Assembly: GCA_965235115.1 (NCBI GenBank)
Contig: OZ249436.1
Location: 28,646,001-28,710,000 of the forward strand
DNA: 64,000 bases
Source of the DNA: Laetmonice hystrix
Lineage: Eukaryota
Direction: 5' to 3'
A program made the position numbers and the translations under genes. Below the pieces are notes generated by a model, which was not told the DNA's origin, ran no database searches, and worked only from the letters and a program-made list of their open reading frames with translations. Each line of letters opens with the position of its first letter. The first letter of the stretch is position 1. Below, piece by piece: positions 35,601 to 48,879 of the stretch.

Positions 35601-38600
35601 AAAATAATTTGATGACAGAGTTTCCCCCTAGGGGGGAGACTGGGGGGGTTCAACCCCCCCCCCCCACTCAGGATCTGTGGAGGGGATATCCCCCCACTAA
35701 TTTTCAGTGATACAGAAATTTGAAATACAAGTTGAATGTGTACGTCTGCTATCTTACAGCCATATATTGTAACACTAGCCTGCAAATTATCCTGAGTGGG
35801 GGTGGGGGGTCATTTTAGACAATTTTTATCATTAGGAGAAATTTGGAGTAATTTCTTGCAATGCTTGCTGAGTTATGAAGGAGAAAAACAGACCTGTGGT
35901 TATTGTAGGCAGGAGAACAAACTATACTGCATAATCTCCCCCCCCCCCTTCGAGTGATGTGGGTGGCTGCTGCTGATTTATCTGTGTCCTGCTCCTGCTG
36001 ATCTCCCTCAGTTCGAAAATCCTGGGGGAAACCCTGTGATGGGTTTTTGAGTTTTTTTCTATAATGCCCTCAATTTTGACATCGGTATAAAAGTTGATAA
36101 ATTGACAGCAAAGCTCTTCACAATTTAGGGACAGTTTATGCAAGGCATTTCACACAGATCTATCCTCATCTTCAGGGGTGGCTGATTTTCTCAAATTGAT
36201 CACTTGCCACAGGATAAGTGGACTACAAAATTCCACTTGCCTGGCTCTGACATCCACATGCCCTCCATACTTGTTATTAATATTAAGTCTATGTTGGTCT
36301 ATTGTCTTTGGTTTGTTGGACTAGCCAGACCATTCTATCAAGTATGTCTATAAGCGACAATTTTAAAATGCTTTATTAGCGTATATGATTAGACTATGGG
36401 TAAGTAAGTTTCATTTATCACTCATAATTAGCTTTCCTTTTACAGGAGGTGATCAGACGTGTTTTTCGTCATTGCACAATGGACACTGCATTTGAATGTA
36501 AGAACTGCTCAGTACTCTTTTCAAAGTTTGATCTTCTTTAAGAAAGTATGTGTTGTAAATTGTAATTCAAGGAAAGTCCTAATTCGTTAGTTTTTTTTAC
36601 CAAGGTTTAATAAAAGTAACTGTATCGGTCTTTTTGCAGAAAAAATATTTAATCCCTGTGGTAATCATGTAGTTTTCTAAATTGGATTGAAAAAAGTATG
36701 GAAGTGAAGGCTATTTGTTTTGGGAATCAAGAACACATTTTTCAGGTTTCCACTAGTGAAATCTGTCAGACAATATTATAATTTTCAGATGAAGATGAAG
36801 AAGGTGACAGGGTCACTGTCCGTAGTGAAGAAGAGATGATGAATATGCTTAACTTTGTAAGTCAGTTAAATCTTCTTTTTATAGAAAGTAAGTTTTGTTT
36901 TGATTAAAATCAAATTTTTAATCACACATAGCATTACCCATAGAGGAAATATTAATTGTCTTTACATTCATTTAAATAACAAATTGTAACATTTTTAGTA
37001 CTGTTTGGACATTCTCCTTTTACAAAAAAGTAGATTATATTTAAATAAGATCTAAAGCACAGTCTGACAACTGTTTTTTTAAACTGCTTACAGCACACTG
37101 AATCAAGACTGCAGGGTGGGGCACAGTATCTTGTAATTTATCCTCGAGGTAAGTACCACCAAAAAAATCATTATCTGAATGGATACAAGATAATGTTGTG
37201 TAAAGTCTGGTTTTTAGGCTTCTGGTCATTTCGTCATGTTTTGTCAGTTGTAAAGCATGTTAACTTTCATTGGAACATATTTTGCTTGATTTATAGCTAG
37301 TAAACCACCTTCAAAAAGGAACCTACATGGATTACGGGTAGGATATTCATTTTTACTCTAAACCCACATTCTAAAATTTTAAGGCAAAATGAAGTGCAAT
37401 GCATGAAGCATCACTAATTAGTTTCGAAATTTACTGATAATATCATAAGCCATGTTTTTTCATGAAGGGGAGTTGGTACAGAATGAGTTGGCTTTCTTCA
37501 TTTCTCTCTGAAATTTTCCCTGAATCTTTTTGTTTAACTTGAACTGAAAAATTATACATTGTGTGTATTATGGTGAGACTGCACTTTATCATCTGTTGGC
37601 ACAACAGTAGCTTTGAAAGTTAGGAAAATTACACCATGGACATCAATAATTATGATGCCACATTGACTTAATTTCCTAGGTGGAGACATCTGCAAGCATA
37701 GAAGAAGACATGGACTTTACAAACCATGGTTCTGGCAGCAGGTACGTCTACATGCAAAATGTTGGCACCTCATATAAAGTAAAAGCAGAGATGTAATTTA
37801 AAAGCAGACCATGGTTGATGTTTACCAAAAGTAAATGTCATGGGCATCTTAAATAATACAGATGCGATGAGTGCAGGGATCCTATTCGTCCGCTATTTAG
37901 GAGATTTCTGAGATATACTTTCAGCTATTTTTTTTAATTGGCTGGGATCCCTGCGAATGGCCACTCCCAGAATTTGAGTTGAGTAGAAGTAGAAGTGAGT
38001 CCTTGTTTTATTTTGCAGGAAACAGCAGTCCCAAGACCTCCAAGAAATCCTTGCTGTTGGTACCAACATTTCGGAAAGTGATCTTCAATGTTTGGATTTA
38101 TTAGGTGAAGGCAATATTGGAAGAGTTTATAGGTAAGTGTTCACTTACTCTCTATGGTAGCAGTCACAGGTGATTTAATAAATGAGTTTCACAAAGATAT
38201 TCAAATCCAATGATTGGCATTAGTTGTACAAGAGACATATTAAAGTACGATTCATTGCAACACTAATAATTTGCTATAATCAGCCATTATGTGTACTTAC
38301 TGGTATATAATTACCTCTATAATAATATACAACTATAGTCGTGACCCCCCCTTTTTCAAAGGTCATAAAACGGTGACAACTGTTCTGTACGTTAATTACA
38401 GAGCTTTCCATCGTAAGAGTGGAACAGCAATGGCAGTAAAGGTAATAGTAGATTGTCACAGAAAATCTTATTTAATCAGAAAAATATAAGAATATGGGAC
38501 ATACTTTATGTGAATACTGCATAGCATTTAGGAGATGCTGATAACTCCTCATGTCTAATGGCAGTCCATTGTATTATTATTGTTAAAAGACAAAGCCAAA

Positions 38601-41600
38601 GGATTTCACCTACCTTTTTAAATCTGCAGAATACCACAATAAACTTTGACCAAAAATGTCGAGATCCCTTCCCAGATTTATTATATCGGGTGGATTAAAA
38701 AAAACGCCCCGAACTTTAAACTCCAATATTTCAAAAAGTATTGATTGTAATTCATTGAAATTTTTCTTACTATCACTTCATGATGTTGTCTCTTAGTTGT
38801 TAATGTTACAACTCAATAGCTTGGATAGTATTTCCGTAGCGCTAAAAATAAAAATCATTGTACAAAAGCGCAATGCCGGGCTAAAGCGAGTGGTAGTCGC
38901 ACCAGAGTCCCTGGCCTCACACTAGAGTAGGTGGTCAATCGGTCCCCCGTTTTCTCTCCATACTGCTCTCAGTCTCTTTTTACATGTGCCAATGCACTTC
39001 CTGATCTCTGATAGGGAATTATCTTCCCATTATTGGGAAATGCGCAACGTTCTGAATGTGTTGTTAAACGTGATAATGATACGATTTCCCTTAAACTTCT
39101 GGTTACAGTCATATCGTCCTAATGTTGCAGTTTCTCTGTAGGGTTTAGCAAATTAAACATCTGGGTTTCTCTAGAAGTACTAGGAATAGCACATAATTTA
39201 TTATAGCTAGTGGTTCACAACATTATACATATTGTAAACCATGCAAAAACTAAATATTGAAAACTTCTTTACCCAAGTTACAATGCGGTGCATCAAATAA
39301 GTGTCAAATTGGACAACTGGCAGCTGCATGATATTTGACCTAATTCCGGCATTGTGTTTTTAGACACTGATTTTTGTTTTTAGCGCCACGGGATTAATAT
39401 CAAAGCTATTGAGCTGAAACTTTAACATACAAGAGATAATATCACGAAGTTATATTAAGAGAAATTTTATTGAATTATAATGGATAGTTTTTGGGATATT
39501 AAAGTTTAAAGTTCTGGGCGTTTTTTTTATCCACCCGATATAAACAATTATGTATTATGTAAACAATCTCATAAACATAGACATTCAGTGTGGTGACATC
39601 AGACACACAACCCGCCTGCCTCGTTCCCCTGTGCTGTTGCCATTGAGTTGATAGACGTTCACACCTCTGCAGGGTACTAACCAGAAATTTTCGACAGCGT
39701 AGCGGTCAAACCAAGGGCAGGCCCTGGTTCGGGGCACAGGAGGAGCAAAGACTTTCCCTCCCAAGCTCTGTTAATTTAGGCTATTTTAGAACCTTACCTT
39801 GCAGTTTAGATAGCCTGATGAGAAAGGTTTGCTAAACTGGACAGTAAATGATCGACATTTTACTGGTATTCTCGTGGGTTCTGTACACTGTTTAAGAGAC
39901 AGTGTAGCAGCCTAAAAGACAGTGTAGCAGTCTAAATACACTAGGTAGCATCCTGCTACTTAGAAAATGGCTGGCGAGAATGCTGCTCCGTGTAATTTTT
40001 TTTGGCATGGGCATCAGGCTGATCCCAGTTACTTTCAGAATGTCCGGAAAGAGAAAAGTTGTATAGTCCCCTACTGGAATTGAACCATGTCTTGCATGTC
40101 TGCATTATAATTCGGCAAAACTCGGAAATGTGCACACTCGGAAAACCTACGGATTTGTCCTTTAATGAGAGGGACTGTACACCAACCCAGCTAGGGGGAC
40201 GATACTTTTGAATTTTTTTTGTAAATGGCTGACGTTTCGAAACAGCCATGATTCTTCATCTGGGCTGATTATATTGTTAGTACCAGAATTATTTCATTAA
40301 TTATTTTTTTTCAAACTACTGGTACATGTATGTGATAATCACAAATTATTAGGAAATGCAAGTATCAGCAAGGCAAATCATATTTGATATGACATTGAAA
40401 TTAAAACATTATGAATTTATATCAGTATGTTTTTACGCCTGTAGGTGATAAGACTTGAAGTGACTACAGATTTCTCAGAGAAACAGAAACAAATTGAATC
40501 AGAACTTCAAGTTCTTCACAAGGTAAGTGTGAAGCTCCCTGTCTTCTACTCTGTATTAAACTTTGTGATTTGTGGCTAACTAAAGATACATCAGAACATG
40601 ACAAACAGAGAATGTAAGACGGAATAAAAATTTATATACAATGCATTCCAAAATATGAACAGTAATCTTATCAATGATTTATGATTTCTGTAAAATTCTG
40701 AGAATCAGTGCTAGAAAAGTGAGTAGGTACACGGTTCAAAATTCTGCCTACCGTCATCTGGGGTGGCTTTGGACAAATTATGTATATTTGATAATCATTG
40801 CAATTCTAGAATTGTTGTGTGCGCTTGATATAACAAGGAAAGATCGAGTCATATCGTGTCGGGTCAACTCTGGCTTATTTTATTTTTAATTTTTTTTCCC
40901 AAAAGCAATAAACAAACTGCTTTTCCAAAGTAATACTCTAAGGCAGTATTGGGCAACGAAAAAGTTTTTAAAAAGAAGAAAACAACTTCAAACTCAAGTT
41001 TGTCCATGTGAAGCCAAACCCCTGTGTCCAAAGTCGCCCCAGATAATGGTACTGTATCTAAAAATCATTTTCTAAAAGTTTTTTCTGTTTGTGGTTTTTT
41101 CAGTGCCGATCTCCAGTTATAATTGGCTACTATGGAGCATTCTTTGTTGAAAACAAAATCTCCATCTGCACAGAATACATGGACGGTATGTACCGTGCAC
41201 CATTCAGTTCAAACATTATACATGCAAAATGAGTCACCGTCTTGAAGAAACAGTGCAACAGAAGCAGCAGAAAGTGGGAGAGCAGTTACCTACTGAAGGC
41301 CACCCCAGAAGTGTGGTTAAATATGTTGTGACTGAAATAATTTATGTTGTCTTGGCTCTCCTGAACTATTCTCTTAGCTGTGATACCATAACTTTGGATA
41401 TATTCCCCGAGGATGTTGTTTGTTTCATGCACATTGATCATTGTTGCACTGTATTATCTTGTATTTCTGCAGGCGGATCACTAGATAAATATGGAAAAAT
41501 TGTGGAGCAGGTGCTAGGGAGAATGGCCGTTGCTGTCATCAAAGGATTAGATTATTTGTGGGGCCTCAAGATACTGCACAGAGGTATGTATAAATACCAC

Positions 41601-44600
41601 AGCGATAGTTTTCAATGATTTCACAGGGAATGGTGTTCTCTTTACTTGTATGTTTGTATGTTTATGTTAAAAATATTTCTTAATCTGAGACATCAAACAT
41701 ATTCTGACACTTTATCACCAACGGCACATAGAGAACTAGCAGTGATTGTCTTTTTTTAACAGATGTGAAACCATCAAACATATTAGTGAATACCTGTGGC
41801 CAGGTGAAGTTATGTGACTTTAATGTCAGTGTACAGGTAAGATAAGATTCTAAATACTTTGTTATTTTACTGAAGGTTACACAATGTTTATAATAATTCA
41901 TTATCCCTCTCTAAAGTCAAGAAGTTATACTGTAAATGTTTAAATGTTTCATTTTTTCACAGTAAAATGTGAACCAAGATTTGCCAAGAATAGCCTTGGC
42001 ATCATACCTGATTTCTGTCAGTGCAGGGAAAGAAACCTTCACAGACTGAACACCCTGAAATTCAATATTTTTGTAATGGTTTTTTTCCTGTTGCCACAAA
42101 TTTATTTTAAAACGCATCTGTTATAAATGTGTCATCTGATTATTCTTTTATAGCACTCAGTGAAAAATCTTATTGCACTATGCAGGATATGCATATTTGT
42201 TGTTACTATAACATTGTGAAAAAAGGATTACCCCGTAGTCGTTAAATTTATGCTAAATCATGTTTAGTTATGCTGTATTGGATGTTTTCATAAATATTTC
42301 CAAATCTTTATGGTATGGCCTTTTTTCAGCTTCTCACTTTAACGTTCAATGCAAAAACAGTCATTGGAACCCATGCTTACATGTCTGTAAGTATATTAAC
42401 ATATAACCTACTTACTATATATTATAGTGTGAAATGCACCCATGCTACTTGCTAGTGTAGAGTAGACTGAGATGTATTTTGAAATCTTGAATTATTTTAA
42501 CATTGTTCAAAACATATTTGTTGAAAGAACTATCAATTTCTAGTTTTTGGTGGTGATTATCTTTAAAATGATGTTCCAGCAGGATATATTTATATTGAAA
42601 AGTTACGGGGTATTCAAAAGTTGGAATTCTAAATTACATGTATGTTCGTTAAAGAGAAAGAATGGGAATCGGGTTGTACTCTGTGTTGGACTACTTGGAA
42701 TACTTTAACAGCTGAATGTTATTTCTGATGATGTTTCCCACACTTTTTTCTTTATCTGTCAGCCTGAGAGACTTCGTGGGGAGGACTACACTGTTCATTC
42801 TGATGTTTGGAGCCTAGGCGTTTCTCTCTTTGAGGTAGGATGAGATGTATTGTGCCTAGATTACGTAGTGCATTTTAAGGTTCATCTTCAAATGCCATCA
42901 TAGTAGGTAGGATCTGTGCTGAATCGATAAAGAAACGTTGATGAATAGAATATGTTGTCGGGAAAAGGGAACAAATCTTTCAGAATTTCTTGATCGACAG
43001 GCTTATGATGTACCACTTTTATTAAAAGTTTGAATTGGAATGGTGATGTAACAGTGGATTTTCTTTTGTTACAGCTTGCTGAAGGTGTATTTCCATATGA
43101 TATTGTAAGTTTTCCTCAATCAGTTAAACTATAACTACTCAAGTAATTTGTACTTGTATATACATGTATACTCTACCTAATTGTTATCACCTTTATAATT
43201 ATAAAGTAAATATAATGTGAGTTATCTGAGAACCATATAGTTACCAGCATTTTTAATTGGAGCCTTCCTAAATTTCATATAGATTTTCACAGATATTGGG
43301 GACGGGATACAGACTTTACCAGTATACAGTTAGACCTCATTTATCCGAACAGCTTGGTGCCCATTAAAATGTGATCAGATCAAAACATATGGACAGGGAT
43401 GTGCCCACGCCAGGACCGATTTTAGCTGCCTGGCACAAAACTAAAAAGGTTTAAGTGCCGCCTGGCAGGAATTTTATTAGGCCTATCATCTGGTAAATGT
43501 GTGTACATATGAACTTCTCATACCGTCTCTTATGCAAAATTACAGCCCGGAAATAGAAATTGGTAGAAAAGGTTACCAGAAAGTGTGTTTGGATTGTGAG
43601 GTATACGGATTAAAGAGATCTGACTAGATATATATGTATTTTGAAGATAGATAAATTTCCTTTTGACTTAAGGTTCCAGATCCAGGGCGCAAGGTAAGAG
43701 AAGAGCATTTGTTATTACAGGCTGACCAGATTCATTTGATTCTATTCTACAGTTGCATAGGGGAAAATTGTTTAGTATACGTTAAATAGCAGCAAAAAAC
43801 AACCCTCATAAAAAATTGGGAGGATGTAAAAACCACCATATTTGTTAACTTTGTGACACCAACCTCTGGATATTTCAACATTTGAATAATTATGTCTGAA
43901 TATTTCACATTCAAAATTATCCAGTGATTATAAGTAGGTTTATCGGTGCCTGGTTACATGGAGATGGTAGCAGCCACTGTATACAGTGACAGGTGACAGT
44001 TGTTGATATTTCTCTCTTGTTATAATTAGGCAAGAGGTGTTATATATACATAGCATGAATTGACATTTTATGATTATTGCGGGGAACTGTCTGGCAGAGT
44101 AGTTCTGCATTGGAGCCTCATGTGGTACCTGCTCCGCAGCCAGTGTCGGTGGGTCAAGTCAGCGCACAGGTACAATAAACCAACCTGTCAAGTTCAGGAC
44201 TCACAGAACGGTTACAAGTTCCATGAAAGGCAGCAGCCATTCTTGGTGGTTCGGGAAACACAAAACATTTTTGAGGGGAAACGTAGCCATTGCTGTGCAT
44301 GGAGAAATGTGCTTCGGGATTGTATGGAATCCTAAATAGACACTTTTCATGACATCTGACACATTTCTATATCAGCATCAGTCTATTGATATGCTTGAGA
44401 TCACTGCCGTCACCTGCCCATCACAGGCATTGTGGAAGAAAACAAAATGTACATCAGTGTATGCTTATAAATGAAAGCTTGCTGTCAAATCCATTTTATA
44501 ACGACCATATTCTGATTAGGTGCAGACGGCTATTAGAAGTCTGACTTCATTGCAGATATCAGCACCTTTGCCTTTGTTCTAGGGGACACATCTTCATGTC

Positions 44601-46027
44601 ACTGTTAATTAATCCTTGATGAACCACATTGTAAAGAGCAAAATAACTTCTGGCATTCGATGCTATAGTTAAATGAGGATCGCCAGTACATGTATATCAT
44701 AAAAGTACACTGTTCTGTTGTAAAAAATCATGTCATTATTTTGGGTTTAAAACGTGATGTTCATAGTAAAGTTCAAAGGATAACATCTCCTAATAATGCA
44801 TCGCGTGTATATATTCCATTTTAGAAGACTACTACACTTACCAGTACAGGAGATTATTAGTTTATTCTGGTCACGTTTTCCATCTACCGGTACTTGATTT
44901 CTCAGAACGTAGAGGACTTCATTATTTTGATTTTTAAGGAATCACTATTCTTTTGTTTTTCAGACAACAACGGTGGCTTTGATGCATTCCATAGTGTACA
45001 AAGTAGGTGCTCTTTCTGGTTAACAGCTATTCCACTGCTCTGGTATATACACTGAATATAATAGGGCATGATGGTAGCTATTGAAGTATTCACGTAGAAT
45101 TCTGATATCATGAAGCTTAGTATAACCTGAATATAAATTTGGTTTCCTTTTCAGGAAGCGCCCCAGCTTATGTATGGCAATTTTTCTCATGAGCTTGTGG
45201 ATTTTATTAACAGTTGGTACGGCTATTTTTCTAATCATATGGAAATGTTGCCTTAACAGCCTAGGTGTTTTAAATAACGGTTGGTTCAAAAGTCAAATGA
45301 CAGACTTATCTTTAAACAGGAATTCTCAAATGTTAATTTTTAAACATTTTTCCGGTTTCTCTGGGAAACGCATTGATGAAGATCATGTAATAATGCACAT
45401 AGGAAACTGAAAGAACAGTCAAACATGAATCTGAAAATTTCTTGATTTTTTTCGCGTTCCATAACAAATCCATGATATTCCAACCATCTTGTTGTCATTT
45501 AGCTTGAAAAAGGACGCCAATTTGAGACCCTTGCCAGAAGATCTCATGGTGAGTTGTCAGTATTCTCCTATGTCGTGGTCCGTTAATGACACTTCTTAAT
45601 GCCATGTACTCCAGAATAGCTCGACCTTTGATAGGTAGCGTTATAGACTGAGAAACCTCATATTTCGTTGGGTATCAAATAGGTACTATAAAGATACAAT
45701 CACACTAACAACTATTTCAGTCTCTTCAAAATTGATCTTTGAACTCAAAATAAATTCAGAACCGTACTTCAGTCCTTAGCAGTAAAAGGACTAATTCCTG
45801 GAACCGAGTAGTTCATGTGTTTCTTTATCAAAAGCTATGTTCTAGAAGTCTTCTAAGTTCTTTCACAGACACTTACATTTCAGTGTACCCAATGTTAGTA
45901 TTTTGACAATCATTTTCAGCGCCACCCTCTCACCAAGTTGTATGATGACGGAAATATGGAGATAGTTGCCAAGTGGGTCTGTGTGAAGTTAGAAGAGCTC
46001 AGGTCCCGGGAAAAGGATGCTGCATGA
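32614..46027 (+). CDS. MAP2K5: Dual-specificity MAP kinase kinase 5 (MEK5): N-terminal PB1 domain plus kinase domain; 20 coding exons, 434 aa
   Basis: Exons: 32614-32706, 36446-36497, 36789-36856, 37094-37148, 37297-37337, 37680-37741, 38019-38132, 38402-38441, 40445-40522, 41104-41185, 41473-41583, 41763-41836, 42330-42386, 42763-42834, 43075-43104, 43673-43693, 44964-45002, 45155-45216, 45503-45548, 45920-46027. All introns GT-AG, phases compatible, 1305 nt. Motifs: IRI..GAVDWTV and [20 protein letters not shown] (PB1/OPCA), [54 protein letters not shown], and the MEK5-type tail [14 protein letters not shown]. Confidence 0.95.
33197..33576. mobile_element. MITE in MAP2K5 intron 1
   Basis: Inverted ends GGACGTTTC(A/G)AGCGCG..AGTTCGAGCGC / GCGCTCGAACTAGTCCGCGCTCGAAACGTCC. 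Confidence 0.7.
34017..34429. mobile_element. hAT-like MITE (CAGGG...CCCTG)
   Basis: Imperfect TIRs, internal GGTGCCC/GGGCAC repeats, flanks TTGGT / GTGGT. Confidence 0.55.
35089..35547. mobile_element. hAT-like MITE with 6-bp TSD
   Basis: Perfect 14-bp TIR CAGGCCTCGAATTA, TSD CATTCA on both sides, internal GGGCA repeats. Confidence 0.85.
38684..39540. mobile_element. Tc1/mariner-type non-autonomous element in MAP2K5 intron 8
   Basis: Long imperfect TIRs beginning TATCGGGTGGAT..AAAAAAACGCCC.GAACTTTAAAC; TA TSD on both sides. Confidence 0.85.
43328..43627. mobile_element. Degenerate pogo/Tigger-like MITE
   Basis: TA-CAGTTAGACCTC..TATCCG pairs imperfectly with CGGATTAAAGAGATCTGACT. Confidence 0.5.
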
Positions 46028-48879
46028 CATTCTATGATGGTATAGTGGTATGCCATGAACTTGTCATGAAATAACCCCCTCGAATGGATACAGGTCACCT
46101 CAAAGGAATAAGTTCTCCAGGAAAGTGTCACAAGTGATGTGATATTTTCTCAAACATTAATATTTTGAAGTAGGACATGAACTGATTATTCTGTTGTGTT
46201 CAGTTTTTTGTCTAATGTTCTGCAGAATCAAGGTTTATAGGTCTTAAGATTGCCAGGGACATTGAAAGCGCCTTTTTTAAAGAAAGAGGCATTTAAGAAA
46301 AATATCTATTTAAGTCTCATGGGGCTGTGGATGAAAATGCCTACAAAATGCAAATGTGCCAATAATTTCAAAATGCATGTAATTTTACATTTTGAGAGTG
46401 GCATAAAGTTTTCCATGAAAATATAATGTGTGTACAAGTGTGTATCATAGAACCCATATACTAGTGTTTGAAAAATGAAGATATTTCGGTGCCAAAATAT
46501 CTTTCCTACACTACCTTAAAAGGTGGAAAATTACTACTGTTGGAAAAAGGCCTAGAATAATGCCTTTTAAACGTAGCCAAGATGTGGAGAAAAACGTTAT
46601 GTTTACACATCAAACTGACATTCAGGAAATGAATTCAGCATTCTCTGTTACTGACACAGATATTTCCAGTGAATATCGCCTACCTTGTAAACATAAATAC
46701 AAGGAGCAGTAAATTGCTTTCTGAAACTAGCGCATGCAGGTATGTAGAAAGCAGTTAGAGGAAAAGCATAGGAAATGCCTCATAATTCACACTCTGTCAA
46801 AAAAGAAATCCTATTATCAAATTTTTATTCGAGATTCATGGTGGCCCTTCAGCATTTTATACATTTGATGAGCTGGTGAACTTGTAGGAAGAGTACATTA
46901 CACAGAACTGTTTAATAGAAGTTATGTACCTTTGGCTTCTCTTTGTGAAGTACCGATAGGTTCCCAGAATCATTCACTTTTTTTGGTGTGTGTTTTCTTC
47001 CAGTACCGGTAGAGAGTAGATCTGACTATTTGACGTCACCGTTACTGTACATTGTGATGGGTTATTTTTATAGATAATTTATTCAATACTCTAATATCGG
47101 GCCAGTGAAATGGCATGTCATACCTGTACATAAAGTTGCCACATTACCCACTGATTGCTTGAATGTCTCGAAGAGGCACTATTCATACCAGCAGAATATA
47201 ATATAGACATAGAATAATAAGCCATCGTTGTGATTTAGACGTTAAAGCAATGTTTTGGGGAGTGCTGTAACCTAGTATCAGGTAAAAATAGGTGTCATAT
47301 GTAATTATTGAAACTATTGAAAATTGCCCAATGTTTGCAGTTTCACTTGCAGAGAATGCTAATGGTGCTACACAGAATTTGCTCTATAAAATACGTTTGT
47401 CGTTACAGGTGTATGAAGTGTCACGGCTATGATATTCTGTGATGGGGAATTCTTCAGATATATAGGCATCGTGTCTTGTTAATGCAGTGTCCCAGGACCC
47501 ATGCTACACTATGATTGGCTTTGCCATGTTGGCTACATAATTATATAAGAGAGCTTGCTAAGATTAATTTGTCCTGGCAATAACGCTACACAGTAAAAAT
47601 GGTTGCCAGTGTCTGCTGGTAACTAATTTCAACTTGAATTGGACATCTGAAATCGTCAACTCTGAAGAACTCGTTTTTGGAAAATCACTTAAAATGATAT
47701 AATAGTCTCGTAGATGTAGATGTAGATGTAGATACCAATATTGAATTAAATATAATGGAAAACGCATATTGTTTGAAAGAAATTGATAATAATTTCAGAT
47801 GAAAATCTATAAAGATTATAGAACATACTGGTAGTGAATTATAGTCATGTATTTTTAGGCAGAGAACTTGCATTCGGTAAGATAAACGTCTATCCATCTT
47901 TAATTAAAAACACCCGAAGCCATACTCCACCAATATTGTACAAATGTTATCCCATAGGCTTGCACACAAAAGGTCTTATGCTTCTGCAAGTGCTTCGATA
48001 AATTGAAACAACAAAAAATACTTGTACATAATATAAAGATGCTTGTGTGCTCTGATAAAGATCATGAATGCTACATTTTATAAGCAGTGATATTATACCG
48101 TAAAGTGCCATTCCACCAAATAGAACTGTTGGTGACCTTGTATTGATTTTCCTGTTTTCTAGCAGATTGTGATTCTTGTCTGCTAAGGCTTAGTAAGGAC
48201 CATGCATGGAATTGCAGTTGCTGGTGTATGAAATTATGTCAAAGAAATCCTAATGGATACAAATATGATTGCTTGCAACATGAATGGTTAAACACCAGTA
48301 CAGACACTTCCATGCATAGTAAAATCTATAAAGGTTGCATTTAAATGTTTTAAAGCGGCGGAGAAAAAGGATCTGTCTCATGCTATCTTTGTTACTCATT
48401 GGTCTATTTATTTTCTAATATTCCTCCTGCTTTAAGTAGTGTTTAGTTACTTGGGTTTTTTTTATTCATTAGAATTTGATGCTTTTTTAAGCTTCGCCAA
48501 ATGCTCGGTCCAAGTTTTTTCTGGATGTTCTGTATGCAAGGAGTCTGATATATGACCTGCCAGCAACTCTCCACCATATAAATTTGCATGCTTTTGTTGG
48601 CTTTCACGTCAAGGATGGATGAATATTTACAATGCATCGTTGGCAAGGTCTGGAGCAAAAAAAAAAATCTTTGCAATGTCAAGAAAAGTTTCACGTTTTA
48701 TAAGATGTGTGGAAAGTTATCATAAATATTATTAGGATCTATTATTGATGAAACTATGAAAAGAAAACATAAGTACGGTAATAGAAAACATGTATTTGTC
48801 TTGGTTACCAGAAAATAGGTTATCCGAGAGCTGAGTCAAACGCATTAATTGTAGATTGATATTTTCCAATGTAATTTAC

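Noticed and set aside
41684..41720. Possible duplicated (mutually exclusive) copy of MEK5 exon 12
   Set aside because: Only about 13 nt match (CATCAAACATATT); there is no usable acceptor, donor or kinase frame.
44060..44335. 91-aa ORF in MAP2K5 intron 16
   Set aside because: No recognisable domain, and it is not needed for the kinase reading frame.
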